64,000 nucleotides of DNA from an uncultured Bacteroidota bacterium. GTDB lineage: Bacteria > Bacteroidota > Ignavibacteria > UBA10030 > UBA6906. The DNA is taken from the NCBI GenBank assembly GCA_963700635.1, contig CAVOYH010000001.1, forward strand, positions 224,001 through 288,000, written 5' to 3'. Below, one piece after another: positions 1 through 10,014 of this stretch. The position numbers and the translations under genes were made by a program. Position 1 is the first letter of the stretch. Every line of letters starts with the position of its first letter. Below the pieces are notes generated by a model that saw nothing but the letters and a program-made list of their open reading frames with translations, made no database searches and had not been told where the DNA came from.

Positions 1-522
1 GCCGGTGGCTGTGGTTCGCCGGCGCCAGATGAGATGTTCGCGCAGGCGCAGGCAGCACACGACAGAGCTCAGCGGACCGTGGACAGTTTGGGCCGGAAAG
101 CGGATACTCAAGCACTGTTTACCCCTGTTGCCGCCGCCTATGAGCAAGTTGCGGCGGATCATCCGTCGAGTATGCAGGCCGAGCATGCGTTGTTCAAGGC
201 CGCAGAGTTGTATGCCGGCTATTTGCAGGATGTTCCCCGGGCGATCGATATGTACAAACGGTTCGTGGACGGATTTCCCGCAAGTGCGAAGGCCCCGACG
301 GCGCTCTTTATGGTCGGGTACCTGTACAACAACCACCTGGGAATTACCGACAGTGCCGCTGCAGCATACACGAAGTTTCTGAGCCTCTATCCCCAGAATG
401 AACTGGCAACATCGGCGCAATTTGAGCTTCAGACGCTGGGAAAAAATCCCGAGGATCTGCTTCCTCCTCCGGCAGGCACTCATACCGTGACGGTGGCGCC
501 AAGAAACCCGTCATCCCGGTAA
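1..522 (+). CDS. Tetratricopeptide-repeat lipoprotein (BamD/CpoB-like), 5' partial
   Basis: Frame is open from base 1 (AGGCGSPAPDEMF..., lipobox-like AGGC). TPR helices include 'AIDMYKRFVDGFPASAKAPTALFMVGYLY'. Confidence 0.75.
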   Translation, partial: AGGCGSPAPDEMFAQAQAAHDRAQRTVDSLGRKADTQALFTPVAAAYEQVAADHPSSMQAEHALFKAAELYAGYLQDVPRAIDMYKRFVDGFPASAKAPTALFMVGYLYNNHLGITDSAAAAYTKFLSLYPQNELATSAQFELQTLGKNPEDLLPPPAGTHTVTVAPRNPSSR

Positions 523-530
523 CCCGGTTC

Positions 531-1430
531 ATGTCCAACGGTCCTCCAACACACCTGCTTCCGCACGTTGTCGCCAAACTCGCCAACATGGAGTTGCGTG
601 CCCGGCTCGTGGTGGAGGGATTTATTGCCGGCCTCCATCGTAGTCCTTATCACGGTTTTAGCGTCGAATTTGCCGAACACCGGCCGTACATGCCGGGAGA
701 TGAGATCCGGCACGTGGACTGGAAGATCTATGGGCGGACGGACAGATTTTACATCAAGCAGTATGAAGAAGAGACGAATCTCAAGGCCTATCTGGTTCTG
801 GACACCAGCCGGTCGATGACCTATGCATCACCGGGGGAAGTTACAAAACTCGAATACGCCGCCTCTCTGGCCGCTTCACTTGCATATCTGATGATTCAAC
901 AACAAGACGCTGTCGGACTGACGCTGTTTGATGAAAGCATTTCCGCGTTCATGCCCCCGCACGCCACCCGGGCGTATCTGCAGCAGATTCTTGTAGCGTT
1001 ACAGACACTGCGCGGAGGGGGCGGTACGGCGGCAGGGCGATCGTTGCACCTGGTCGCCGAACGAATCCGCCGGCGTGGTCTGGTGATAATCCTGAGCGAT
1101 CTTTTTGATGATCCGGACCAGGTTCTTGCCGCATTCAAACACTTCCGCCACAAGAAAAACGAAGTTATCGTCATGCACGTGCTGGATCCCCTGGAGCGGT
1201 CGTTTGCCTTTGGCGAGGACGCCGCATTTGAGGATCTTGAAACCGAAGAAAGAATGGTCACCCAGCCTTGGCACGTACGGCGCGCGTATGCGGAAGCCCT
1301 GCAGTCGTTTGTCGGACGGTATAAACGCGAATGTCGTGAGCACCAGATTGACTACGTCCTGCTTGACACCCGCACCCCTTTTGATGTTGCCCTCATGGAG
1401 TATTTGAGCAAACGGCGCCACCTGCACTGA
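531..1430 (+). CDS. DUF58 domain protein (vWA-like, MoxR-associated family)
   Basis: Motifs [24 protein letters not shown] and [22 protein letters not shown]. Confidence 0.93.
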   Translation: MSNGPPTHLLPHVVAKLANMELRARLVVEGFIAGLHRSPYHGFSVEFAEHRPYMPGDEIRHVDWKIYGRTDRFYIKQYEEETNLKAYLVLDTSRSMTYASPGEVTKLEYAASLAASLAYLMIQQQDAVGLTLFDESISAFMPPHATRAYLQQILVALQTLRGGGGTAAGRSLHLVAERIRRRGLVIILSDLFDDPDQVLAAFKHFRHKKNEVIVMHVLDPLERSFAFGEDAAFEDLETEERMVTQPWHVRRAYAEALQSFVGRYKRECREHQIDYVLLDTRTPFDVALMEYLSKRRHLH

Positions 1431-1517
1431 CCTTCTGTTTGATTTCCATCCGGATAGTGGTAAATTACTTGATTATGATGATACCTCCCGGCACAACACT
1501 GTCCCGTACGCATACGA

Positions 1518-4487
1518 ATGTCTGACAACCAGAACGGTACAGGGCTGCAGTCGATTGTCATTCGTGGCGCCCGCGAACACAATCTGAAGGGTGTTGATGT
1601 TGACATCCCGCGGGACCGGCTTGTCGTCATCACCGGCCTGTCCGGTTCTGGGAAATCCAGCCTTGCATTTGACACCATCTATGCCGAAGGTCAGCGGCGC
1701 TTTGTGGAGAGTCTCTCGGCATACGCGCGCCAGTTTCTGGACGTGATGGAACGTCCGGACGTTGACTACATTGAGGGACTAAGCCCCGCCATTTCCATCG
1801 AGCAAAAAACCGTCGGGCATAATCCCCGCTCCACCGTTGGTACGGTCACGGAAATCTACGACTATCTCCGGCTCTTATTTGCGCGTGCGGGAACCCAGTT
1901 CTGCTGGAAATGCGGGGGGCCCGTGCAAAAACAGAGTACCGATCAGATTATCGAAACGATTCTCCGTCTTCCCGAGGGGACGCATGTGCACATCCTGGCG
2001 CCGGTCGTACGCGGGCGCAAGGGGCATTACAGGGAGCTCTTTGAGGAAATCACCAGGGATGGGTTTATCCGGGTTCGCATTGACGGGGTGGTGAGGGAGC
2101 TGGAGAAAGGACTGCAGGCGGATCGGTACAAGGTCCACAATATCGAAATCCTCGTTGACCGCCTGGTTATACGGAAGGACTCCCGGCCCCGCGTGGCAGA
2201 TTCCGTCGATGTCGCTCTCAAGTTTGGGAACGGTATTCTCATTGTAAGTCCTGAACCCGCGGATGACGGTGGTGACGGCCGGCGCCCGGCCAAAAAGGCG
2301 GCAAAACGAGAGCGCATTCCCCAGACATCATTACGCGAGGTGATGTACAGCCGCCATCTGGCCTGTCCGGTATGTGACATCAGCTACGAAGAACCGGCTC
2401 CCAATACATTCTCGTTCAATTCTCCTTACGGGGCATGTCCAACCTGTAACGGGCTTGGAGAAGTGAAAGAGCTGGACATCGATCTCATGATTCCTGACGA
2501 TTCCCTGTCAATAAATCAGGAAGGTATCGCTTCCCTGGGGAAACCACGTGCGACGTGGGTCTTTAACCAAGTCCGCGCGGTCGGGAAAACCTATGGATTT
2601 GATTTTGATACGCCGCTCCGGAAAATAAGCACAAGAGCCAGAGATGTTCTCCTCCATGGAGGAGGAGACGAACGTTTCGCCGTGGAATACTCCTACAGCA
2701 GCGGGCGGACCGTCACCTACAAGCACCGCTTCGGGGGTCTTCTGGACACGATGAAGCGGTACTATGCCGATACCACCTCCAATTCGGTCCGCGAGTGGGT
2801 GGAGGCGTATATGAACGCACAGGCCTGTCCGGAGTGTAAGGGCGGACGCCTCAAAAAGGAGAATCTTTCCGTCCGGATTGAAGATGCTCTCTCCGGGGAG
2901 AATACATCAATCCAGCACGTTGTAGGCCTCTCGATCGGAGAAGCTCTGGAATTTTTCCGGGGTCTGAAGCCCGGCCCCAGGCAGGCGGTGATCGCAGCTC
3001 CGATTGTCAAAGAGATCAAACAACGGCTTGAGTTCCTTGTGGATGTCGGACTCGAGTACCTAACACTCGATCGCCCTGCACGATCCCTTTCCGGGGGGGA
3101 GGGCCAGCGTATCCGTCTCGCGACGCAAATCGGCTCCCAGCTCGTCGGGGTGCTCTACATACTTGATGAGCCCAGCATCGGACTGCACCAGCGGGACAAT
3201 CGAAGATTGATCTCGTCACTCAAGAAACTCCGCGACATCGGAAACACCCTGATCGTTGTGGAACATGATCGTGATATGATCGAAAGTGCGGACTTTGTGA
3301 TCGACCTCGGCCCGGGAGCGGGGGAGCACGGCGGGGCACTGGTGACCTCGGGCCCGCCCGGTTCTCTCCAACTTCGTAATGACAATCTCTCCATGTCGGA
3401 GAACGGGTTCCCCCCGATCTCGTACACGGCGCACTATCTGCAGGGACACAAGACCATTCCTATCCCCGCAACACGCCGCGCGGGGAACGGAAAGATGGTT
3501 GTGCTCGAAAAGGCCAGTGGAAATAACCTGGCAGGGGTGACACTCAGACTTCCTCTCGGCAAGCTGATTGCCGTTACGGGCGTGAGCGGATCGGGTAAAT
3601 CCACACTGATTGCGGAGACCCTCTACCGGATCCTTGCCAGAAAATTCTACAGGGCGAAGGCGGTTCCATTGCCCTTTAAGGCTATTCGCGGGCTCGAGCA
3701 TATCGACAAGGTTATTGACATCGATCAGACACCAATCGGGCGCACGCCACGCTCCAATCCCGCCACATATACGGGGTTGTTCGGCCTGGTACGCGATCTG
3801 TTTACGCGGCTTCCCGAGGCGCAGATCCGCGGGTACAAACCCGGCCGCTTCAGCTTTAATGTCGCGGGCGGCCGGTGTGACAACTGCGAGGGTGACGGTG
3901 TCCGCAAGATCGAAATGAATTTTCTCCCTGATGTGTACGTGCAATGTGATGTCTGCAAAGGCCGTCGGTACAACAGGGAAACGCTGCAGGTGGTGTACAA
4001 AGGCAAATCGATCGCCGACGTCCTGGACATGACTGTCGGCGAAGCCGTGGACTTTTTCAGTGAAATACCAAAACTCCAACGCAAACTCAGAACCCTGCAT
4101 GATGTCGGACTGGGGTATATCCGCATCGGCCAGCAGGCGACGACTCTCAGCGGGGGCGAAGCACAACGTATCAAGCTCTCCACGGAACTCTCGAAAGTCG
4201 GCACAGGAAATACCCTCTATATCCTGGACGAGCCGACCACCGGATTGCACTTCGAGGATGTCCGGATGCTGCTGGGTGTCCTTAACAGGTTGGTGGACAA
4301 AGGGAACACCGTCGTGGTGATTGAACATAACCTGGACGTTGTCAAAGCGGTGGATTGGGTGATTGATCTTGGACCCGGAGGGGGAAAGGATGGCGGGAGG
4401 ATCATCGCGGAAGGGACTCCCGAAGATGTTGCACGGATGGCGGCCTCGGTGACCGGCGAATACCTCCGGCACGAGGTATCAGGCTGA
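1518..4487 (+). CDS. uvrA: Excinuclease ABC subunit A
   Basis: GAREHNLK start, two ABC Walker A motifs ([16 protein letters not shown]), LSGGE signatures, zinc fingers. Confidence 0.99.
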   Translation: MSDNQNGTGLQSIVIRGAREHNLKGVDVDIPRDRLVVITGLSGSGKSSLAFDTIYAEGQRRFVESLSAYARQFLDVMERPDVDYIEGLSPAISIEQKTVGHNPRSTVGTVTEIYDYLRLLFARAGTQFCWKCGGPVQKQSTDQIIETILRLPEGTHVHILAPVVRGRKGHYRELFEEITRDGFIRVRIDGVVRELEKGLQADRYKVHNIEILVDRLVIRKDSRPRVADSVDVALKFGNGILIVSPEPADDGGDGRRPAKKAAKRERIPQTSLREVMYSRHLACPVCDISYEEPAPNTFSFNSPYGACPTCNGLGEVKELDIDLMIPDDSLSINQEGIASLGKPRATWVFNQVRAVGKTYGFDFDTPLRKISTRARDVLLHGGGDERFAVEYSYSSGRTVTYKHRFGGLLDTMKRYYADTTSNSVREWVEAYMNAQACPECKGGRLKKENLSVRIEDALSGENTSIQHVVGLSIGEALEFFRGLKPGPRQAVIAAPIVKEIKQRLEFLVDVGLEYLTLDRPARSLSGGEGQRIRLATQIGSQLVGVLYILDEPSIGLHQRDNRRLISSLKKLRDIGNTLIVVEHDRDMIESADFVIDLGPGAGEHGGALVTSGPPGSLQLRNDNLSMSENGFPPISYTAHYLQGHKTIPIPATRRAGNGKMVVLEKASGNNLAGVTLRLPLGKLIAVTGVSGSGKSTLIAETLYRILARKFYRAKAVPLPFKAIRGLEHIDKVIDIDQTPIGRTPRSNPATYTGLFGLVRDLFTRLPEAQIRGYKPGRFSFNVAGGRCDNCEGDGVRKIEMNFLPDVYVQCDVCKGRRYNRETLQVVYKGKSIADVLDMTVGEAVDFFSEIPKLQRKLRTLHDVGLGYIRIGQQATTLSGGEAQRIKLSTELSKVGTGNTLYILDEPTTGLHFEDVRMLLGVLNRLVDKGNTVVVIEHNLDVVKAVDWVIDLGPGGGKDGGRIIAEGTPEDVARMAASVTGEYLRHEVSG

Positions 4488-4632
4488 TATCAGGGTGTTT
4501 TGTGCGGGGGCACCCCTGTGCCAGCCCCCTTTTGTCCTGCATATCCGCCCCCCTTTCACAATACAAAAGTGCCTTGTGGGTTTCCTGAAGAAATGTTACT
4601 CTGTATTGTATGGACAGACCGGGAAAGACATT

Positions 4633-4989
4633 ATGCAAAGAATCTGTGTTATCCTCATGGTCGCCGCCCTGGTATCGTGTAGTACAGGGCCCGCATTGAA
4701 CGTTGAGGAAAAAGCCAAACTGGATCCCATGCTCCAGGAGCTGGTGCTCGGGCGGGTTGTCGCGGAGCACCGGTACGATGTTGGACTCCGACCCGATGGC
4801 AGCAAAGAATACGGCGTTATCGTCCGGACCGGGAGTCCTGAAGATGTACGGTCATTAGGCATAACAATCGGAAGCGTTGTGGGTGAGATCGTCACCGTTC
4901 GCGTAAACGCTGAAGAACTCAGACGTCTGGCTGCTCTCCCGTCCGTGAGAAGTATTCAGAGCAGCGCACTGGACACACTTCATAAGTAA
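4633..4989 (+). CDS. Small lipoprotein consisting of a stand-alone subtilase-prodomain-like domain
   Basis: ATG at 4633, signal peptide with lipobox MQRICVILMVAALVS-C. Mature part aligns by eye with the N-terminal prodomain of the downstream S8 protease. Confidence 0.8.
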   Translation: MQRICVILMVAALVSCSTGPALNVEEKAKLDPMLQELVLGRVVAEHRYDVGLRPDGSKEYGVIVRTGSPEDVRSLGITIGSVVGEIVTVRVNAEELRRLAALPSVRSIQSSALDTLHK

Positions 4990-5021
4990 CTCTATCACGC
5001 ACCAACCGAAAGGTCCATCGT

Positions 5022-7712
5022 ATGAAGAGCCATCTCCGAACGCTTCTGGCTGTTCTGGTCGGTTTTTCCGGCATGTTCTCGGCATCGGCCGGGACATTGA
5101 CCGATGTGGAAACAGGAAAACTCCATCCGTTTTTTAAGCAGGTGCTTACCGAACAGGCCGTGCGCGGAGATGTACGGTTGGAAAAAGCCGCACCGGTGGT
5201 GTATGACGTAATCGTGTACACGTCATCTCCCGATGCCGTTCGTGCAGCCGGATTTTTTGTCAATTCGGCCTTCAAGAACTTCGTGACCGTGCAATCGACC
5301 GCAGAGGGTATTGAACGTCTTGCCCGTATCGGAGAAGTATCATACATTGACCCCGGGAACACAAACACGCTCACCAATGACCTCAGCGTCGCGGATATTG
5401 GCGCATCGCTCCTCCACGGTGGGTTCATCAACGGCACACCCTACAAGGGACAGGGCGCAATTGTCGTTATTTTTGATTCCGGCATCGACTGGTCCCATCT
5501 GGATTTCCGGAATCCGGCGGATCCAACCAAATCCAGGATTCTTGCAATATGGGACCAGACCCTTGTCGCGACGGGAGCGGAAATGCCGCCATCCGGATTC
5601 GGTTATGGCGTAGAGTACACCCAGGCACATATCAACAATGAGATTGACGGCTCGCCTGCAGGGTTTGTGCGCACGCAGGACATCAACGGGCATGGTACCC
5701 ATGTGGCCGGAACGGCAGCAGGGAACGGCGGGACCTTCGGTGGGAAATACACAGGGGTCGCACCGCTGGCAGATATCATCGTCGTGAGAGGGGGAGACTA
5801 CTCTTTTTCTGAAAGCCGGATCATTGACGGTGTGAGTTATGCCCAGGCAAAAGCGACAGCCCTCGGTAAACCGGTCTCGGTAAACTTCAGTCTGGGAGGC
5901 CAAATTGGCCCTCATGATGGTACACGAGCGTATGAAATCGCGATGGCGGCGTTTACCGCAACAGCCGGAAGAGTGGTTGTTGTGTCAGCGGGGAACGATG
6001 GCAGTTTGAACATGCATCTGGGTGGGACGGTGCCGGCAAGCGGAAGCCAGCTGTTCACCTTTACTGTGCCGAGTTACACTCCCACCAGCGGGACAGAAAA
6101 TGACGAGTTCCTTCTGGATTTCTGGATCGACGGGAACCATAGTCTGTCAGCCACGGCTACGTCCCCCAACGGCGTCGTCTTTACACGGAACGCGGGAGAA
6201 ACCGGCGATGGACCCAACACGTCCGACGGCACGATCACATTGTGGAATTATATCAGTTCGCTCAATTTTCAACGCAACATTCAATTCTGGGTTCATGACA
6301 AGTCAACAAGCACACCGGCGTCGGGAACCTGGACGCTGCTGGTAACCAATAACACCGCAAGCGCTGTGCCTTTTGACGCCTGGTTGGCGGACCGGACAGT
6401 GGGGGCGGCAACGGTGACGTTGGCGGGCGGGAACAATGACAAATCGGTGGGCATGCCCGGCACAGCGAATGGTGCCATCACCGTTGCGTCGTATGTGACC
6501 AAGTGGGGATGGCCGTCGTATACCGGTTCCAACCGCGTGTATTCGGGCACTGACCGGACGGAGGACATTTCCACATTCAGCAGCATCGGCCCGACGCGTG
6601 ACGGCCGGACAAAACCTGAAATTGCAGCCCCGGGGCAGGGGATTTCGTCTGCACTGTCAACGTCTTCTGATACCGTGGGTGCATCCGCGTGGATACATCC
6701 CGGCCAGAAACACCGGTTGATGCAGGGGACGAGCATGGCAGCACCACATGTGGCCGGAGCTGCCGCAGTTTTACTGGGAGCTTCCCCGTCACTCACCGTT
6801 GGACAGATCACTTCCCTCATGACCTCGACGGCCAACACGGATGCGTTTACCGGTTCGACGTGGAACGCCACATGGGGGGCGGGAAAACTGGATCTTGTTG
6901 AAGCAATGGCACGGCATTTTTCGCCGGGTGCGACCATTGTACGGAAGATCTTTTCCTATGACCTTCCGACGAGTAACGTAACGGCACGCCTCACCGGCAC
7001 AACACAGTTTGCCCTTCGTTTTTCCCCGGACGTGAACGGACGACTAACCGGACTTCAGGTGAACGCGACAACGATCAACAACCGTCCGATTATCGGTCCA
7101 GGCCCGCTACGCTGTGAAGTGTACTCAAACAATGGCGGAGTTCCCGGAACAAAACTGGGGAATACGGCACTCCATCCGCTTCAGCTTATGAGCGAAGGGA
7201 CGCTCAATTATGTACAGATGATTGATGCGGGGGTGATGGTGACCAGCGGGACCGATTATTTTCTGGTGTTATCGCAGACCAATGCTAACGACACATTGAT
7301 TGTCCGGGGGGATACGGAGACAACGGGGACACGATCACTTATCAATTCCGGAAGTGGATGGGCGGCGGCGAGTACGAACCTGCGGATTCGTGCGATCGTC
7401 TCGAGCGGCTCCGGGGTCACCGATGTGGCGGGCACGAATACTGTTCCGGAGACGTATGCGCTGGAACAGAACTATCCGAATCCGTTTAACCCGAGCACTA
7501 CCATCCGGTTTAATATCCCGGCGGCGCAACGGGTTATCCTGAAGGTCTATAACCTGCTGGGTCAGGAAATTGCCACGCTCGTGGACGACAACCTCGTGGC
7601 AGGGAGGCACATCGTACAATGGCAGCCGGAACGCCTCGCGAGTGGAACGTATTTTTACCGGCTTGAGGCTGGCACATTCCGCGAAAGCAAGAAGGTCGTG
7701 TATCTGAGGTAA
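5022..7712 (+). CDS. Secreted S8 (subtilisin-like) serine peptidase with T9SS type A C-terminal sorting domain
   Basis: Signal peptide; triad motifs IFDSGID, GHGTHVAG, GTSMAAP; oxyanion SAGN; C-terminal LEQNYPNPFNPSTTIRF...SGTYFYRL. Confidence 0.96.
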   Translation: MKSHLRTLLAVLVGFSGMFSASAGTLTDVETGKLHPFFKQVLTEQAVRGDVRLEKAAPVVYDVIVYTSSPDAVRAAGFFVNSAFKNFVTVQSTAEGIERLARIGEVSYIDPGNTNTLTNDLSVADIGASLLHGGFINGTPYKGQGAIVVIFDSGIDWSHLDFRNPADPTKSRILAIWDQTLVATGAEMPPSGFGYGVEYTQAHINNEIDGSPAGFVRTQDINGHGTHVAGTAAGNGGTFGGKYTGVAPLADIIVVRGGDYSFSESRIIDGVSYAQAKATALGKPVSVNFSLGGQIGPHDGTRAYEIAMAAFTATAGRVVVVSAGNDGSLNMHLGGTVPASGSQLFTFTVPSYTPTSGTENDEFLLDFWIDGNHSLSATATSPNGVVFTRNAGETGDGPNTSDGTITLWNYISSLNFQRNIQFWVHDKSTSTPASGTWTLLVTNNTASAVPFDAWLADRTVGAATVTLAGGNNDKSVGMPGTANGAITVASYVTKWGWPSYTGSNRVYSGTDRTEDISTFSSIGPTRDGRTKPEIAAPGQGISSALSTSSDTVGASAWIHPGQKHRLMQGTSMAAPHVAGAAAVLLGASPSLTVGQITSLMTSTANTDAFTGSTWNATWGAGKLDLVEAMARHFSPGATIVRKIFSYDLPTSNVTARLTGTTQFALRFSPDVNGRLTGLQVNATTINNRPIIGPGPLRCEVYSNNGGVPGTKLGNTALHPLQLMSEGTLNYVQMIDAGVMVTSGTDYFLVLSQTNANDTLIVRGDTETTGTRSLINSGSGWAAASTNLRIRAIVSSGSGVTDVAGTNTVPETYALEQNYPNPFNPSTTIRFNIPAAQRVILKVYNLLGQEIATLVDDNLVAGRHIVQWQPERLASGTYFYRLEAGTFRESKKVVYLR

Positions 7713-7735
7713 TCCGGAGGTATGGTTTCTCAACG

Positions 7736-7773
7736 ATGCAGGGCACGTGCGGACGATGCGCCGTGCCCTGCAT
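7736..7773. terminator. Perfect 12-bp inverted repeat between convergent genes (probable bidirectional terminator or stabilising hairpin)
   Basis: ATGCAGGGCACG-N14-CGTGCCCTGCAT; no clear U-tract. Confidence 0.55.
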
Positions 7774-7778
7774 TGCTG

Positions 7779-8423
7779 TTATTCCCTGTTATGGCGTATC
7801 CCGGGACCTGATAAAGAAGCGCGTTTCCGGATGAAAAACCTCAGCTTCGCTTCTTTTCCCTTCGAGATGCCGATGCGCGTCGTTGTCTCGATATCCGTGG
7901 TGCGCGGCAGGTCCTCCCCCTTTTCTATCCAGACTGTGCTCCCGCAGAGGTCTGTGCCATTCTCGTTTCTGGTGATGCCAAGTGCCTGACAGAGCTTTGC
8001 AGGTCCACTGCACAGCGCACCCAGGTCCGACACGGGGCGCTGGCGATTGGACGCCATGCTGTGAATTCCCTGAAGCGGTTCCAGAGCACGGATAAGAACA
8101 GCGCTGCCTGTTCCTTCTCTGCCCGTGACAACATTGGCACAAAAATGTTTGCCGTATGTAAAATACACGTACAGATGCCCCCCCTCCCAGAACATCACGT
8201 CATTTCGTGCCGTGCGACCCCGGAATGCATGGCTGGCGGGATCCTCGTGGCCAAGGTATGCCTCAACCTCTATGATCCTTCCTCCGAGAAGTTGCCGCCC
8301 GGATCTGCGGACCAGGACGTTCCCCAGCAGTTGCCGGGCAACCGTGACGGTGGGCCTGCAGTAAAAGGTGCGCGGAAGTTGTTGGTGACGTGTCACCAGG
8401 GTCCTGGGTCGGGTTGTGTGCAT
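7779..8423 (-). CDS. mpg: DNA-3-methyladenine glycosylase (MPG/AAG family)
   Basis: IIEVEAYLG, DPASHA, LYVYFTYG, VLIRALEP, GPAKLCQAL, RIGI motifs. Confidence 0.95.
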   Translation of the reverse strand: MHTTRPRTLVTRHQQLPRTFYCRPTVTVARQLLGNVLVRRSGRQLLGGRIIEVEAYLGHEDPASHAFRGRTARNDVMFWEGGHLYVYFTYGKHFCANVVTGREGTGSAVLIRALEPLQGIHSMASNRQRPVSDLGALCSGPAKLCQALGITRNENGTDLCGSTVWIEKGEDLPRTTDIETTTRIGISKGKEAKLRFFIRKRASLSGPGIRHNRE

Positions 8424-8441
8424 GGATGTGGAAGTCCGGTC

Positions 8442-8469
8442 AAAAAAAAGGGTGCCATCACGGCACCCT
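8442..8469 (-). terminator. Intrinsic terminator downstream of the DUF3078 gene
   Basis: Minus strand AGGGTGCC-GTGAT-GGCACCCT followed by a T-run. Confidence 0.75.
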
Positions 8470-8493
8470 GTTTTTCCGGTGCTGGTTGAGAGC

Positions 8494-9360
8494 CTAAAGG
8501 AACGAGTAACTTACTCCAATTGCCAGGGTCTCTTTCACCTGGGTCTTCGGGCTGATCCTTTTTTCGTTCAGGAGTTGCACATTGAGGAGCACCGTAATGT
8601 ACTTGCTCACTTTTGCAGCGAGGACATTGTCGCTCCGCACAATCACTTCGTCAATGTTTTTGAACGTGCTGAAGAGCTCAAGTTTGGACGAGAATCCTAC
8701 GTTTTCGTCGAGTTTCCAGACAAACTCCGTCACCGATTCAAGCCCGCCCTGAACGCTTGTCTTCTCAATTTCGAGAGTCTCAGGATCGTCAGCATAGCCG
8801 GGGAAATTAGACGTGAGAATTTCCCTCAGTCCGACACCGAACCGGGTCTTCAGTTCCGGTGCCGGCTGATACACGATACCCACGCTCTGGGTAAGGTACG
8901 CCGGGTCAAAAAACTGGGAGACCGGAACAGACGCTCCCGAGGCATCGTACCTGTAGCCTTTGGCGAACTGTGTTTTCAGCGTCGCCGCACCGTACGGATT
9001 AAGCTGTTCGGAGACCTTGTACGTGAGCATGGTCTCAAGGTCGATCCGATCGTCCGTCTTACGGATGCCCTGATCACCCAGGCGGGTCTGGCCGAAACCG
9101 AATTTGTAGGTGTTGGACCAGCTGGTCCGCTCCTGTTCGTTCGTGGATTTTCCGTCCACGCCGAGAGCCCACGCGAGAGCATTCTCGCCACCCTGCGTCC
9201 AGTCAGAAAATGCCACCTGGGTAAAGGTGAGGCCTCCGACAAGTGAATGGATCCAGCCGTACTGAGGGGCTGCGGAAGTGTCCTGTTGCGCCCATACCCC
9301 GGTTACAGCGAAGCCGGAGAGCAGCAAAACAAGAACACACTGTGAGAGTCGGTGAATCAT
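8494..9360 (-). CDS. DUF3078 family outer-membrane beta-barrel protein
   Basis: Signal peptide; QVAFSDWTQGGEN, RKTDDRI, TQFAKGY, FFDPAYL motifs; aromatic C-terminus. Confidence 0.85.
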   Translation of the reverse strand: MIHRLSQCVLVLLLSGFAVTGVWAQQDTSAAPQYGWIHSLVGGLTFTQVAFSDWTQGGENALAWALGVDGKSTNEQERTSWSNTYKFGFGQTRLGDQGIRKTDDRIDLETMLTYKVSEQLNPYGAATLKTQFAKGYRYDASGASVPVSQFFDPAYLTQSVGIVYQPAPELKTRFGVGLREILTSNFPGYADDPETLEIEKTSVQGGLESVTEFVWKLDENVGFSSKLELFSTFKNIDEVIVRSDNVLAAKVSKYITVLLNVQLLNEKRISPKTQVKETLAIGVSYSFL

Positions 9361-9426
9361 GAGAAGATATCCTTCAGAAATATGTTCATGGGTAATGGTA
9401 GAAGCTACCAGACGGGGTACACCCGA

Positions 9427-9834
9427 TCATCGTTTTCCCGTCTTGAGCAGGTCCCGGATCTCCGAAAGCAACACTTCCTGTTTCGGAGGTGCGGCCGGTG
9501 CCGCCGGAGCTTCTTCCTGCTTCTTGCGGAGAGAATTCATTCCGCGGATGAGCATGAAGATGACAAAAGCCACAATGATAAAATCAATCGTGACATTGAT
9601 GAAGAGGCCGTATTTTATCATAACCGCCGGGGCTGTTTCTGTGGCCTCACGAAGTGTAAAGCCCAGGGTGCTAAAATCAACGCCGCCAAGGAGTATGCCG
9701 ATCGGCGGCATGAGCACATCATTGACCAGGGATGATATGATTTTCCCGAAGGCGCCGCCGATGATGATACCGACGGCCATATCGACTACATTGCCACGCA
9801 TGGCAAAGGATTTGAATTCTTGCATCATGGACAT
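9427..9834 (-). CDS. mscL: Large-conductance mechanosensitive channel
   Basis: [28 protein letters not shown] and [12 protein letters not shown]. Confidence 0.98.
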   Translation of the reverse strand: MSMMQEFKSFAMRGNVVDMAVGIIIGGAFGKIISSLVNDVLMPPIGILLGGVDFSTLGFTLREATETAPAVMIKYGLFINVTIDFIIVAFVIFMLIRGMNSLRKKQEEAPAAPAAPPKQEVLLSEIRDLLKTGKR

Positions 9835-9905
9835 GGATTATTCTCCGTAATGAATAAAAAAGATTATGGAACGCTTCAAAAGACGACGGATCTAGCTGGA
9901 TACAT

Positions 9906-9959
9906 GCTGAGGCGCAGTGGACGGAACAGGACATTTCTTCATCTCCACTGCGCCTCGGC
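9906..9959. other. Long inverted repeat between the OmpA gene and mscL
   Basis: GAGGCGCAGTGGA (9909-9921) and TCCACTGCGCCTC (9944-9956): 13-bp perfect stem, 22-nt loop. Confidence 0.6.
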
Positions 9960-10014
9960 GGTTCATATGAACATGTGCCGTGTCATCACAACACCTTCAA
10001 CAGCCCGCAGGTGC

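Noticed and set aside
531-1430. DUF58 gene as part of a local MoxR/Bat cluster
   Set aside because: No MoxR ATPase or vWA/BatA gene flanks it within the window; partners may lie elsewhere, so no system is claimed.
3216-4472. 418-aa antisense ORF within uvrA, and similar long shadow ORFs opposite purB, groEL and the ABC genes
   Set aside because: They mirror conserved genes on the opposite strand, have no recognisable motifs, and are expected from codon bias at this GC content.
4495-4632. Upstream extension of the lipoprotein ORF
   Set aside because: The signal peptide and lipobox begin at ATG 4633; the upstream stretch looks like terminator/promoter DNA.
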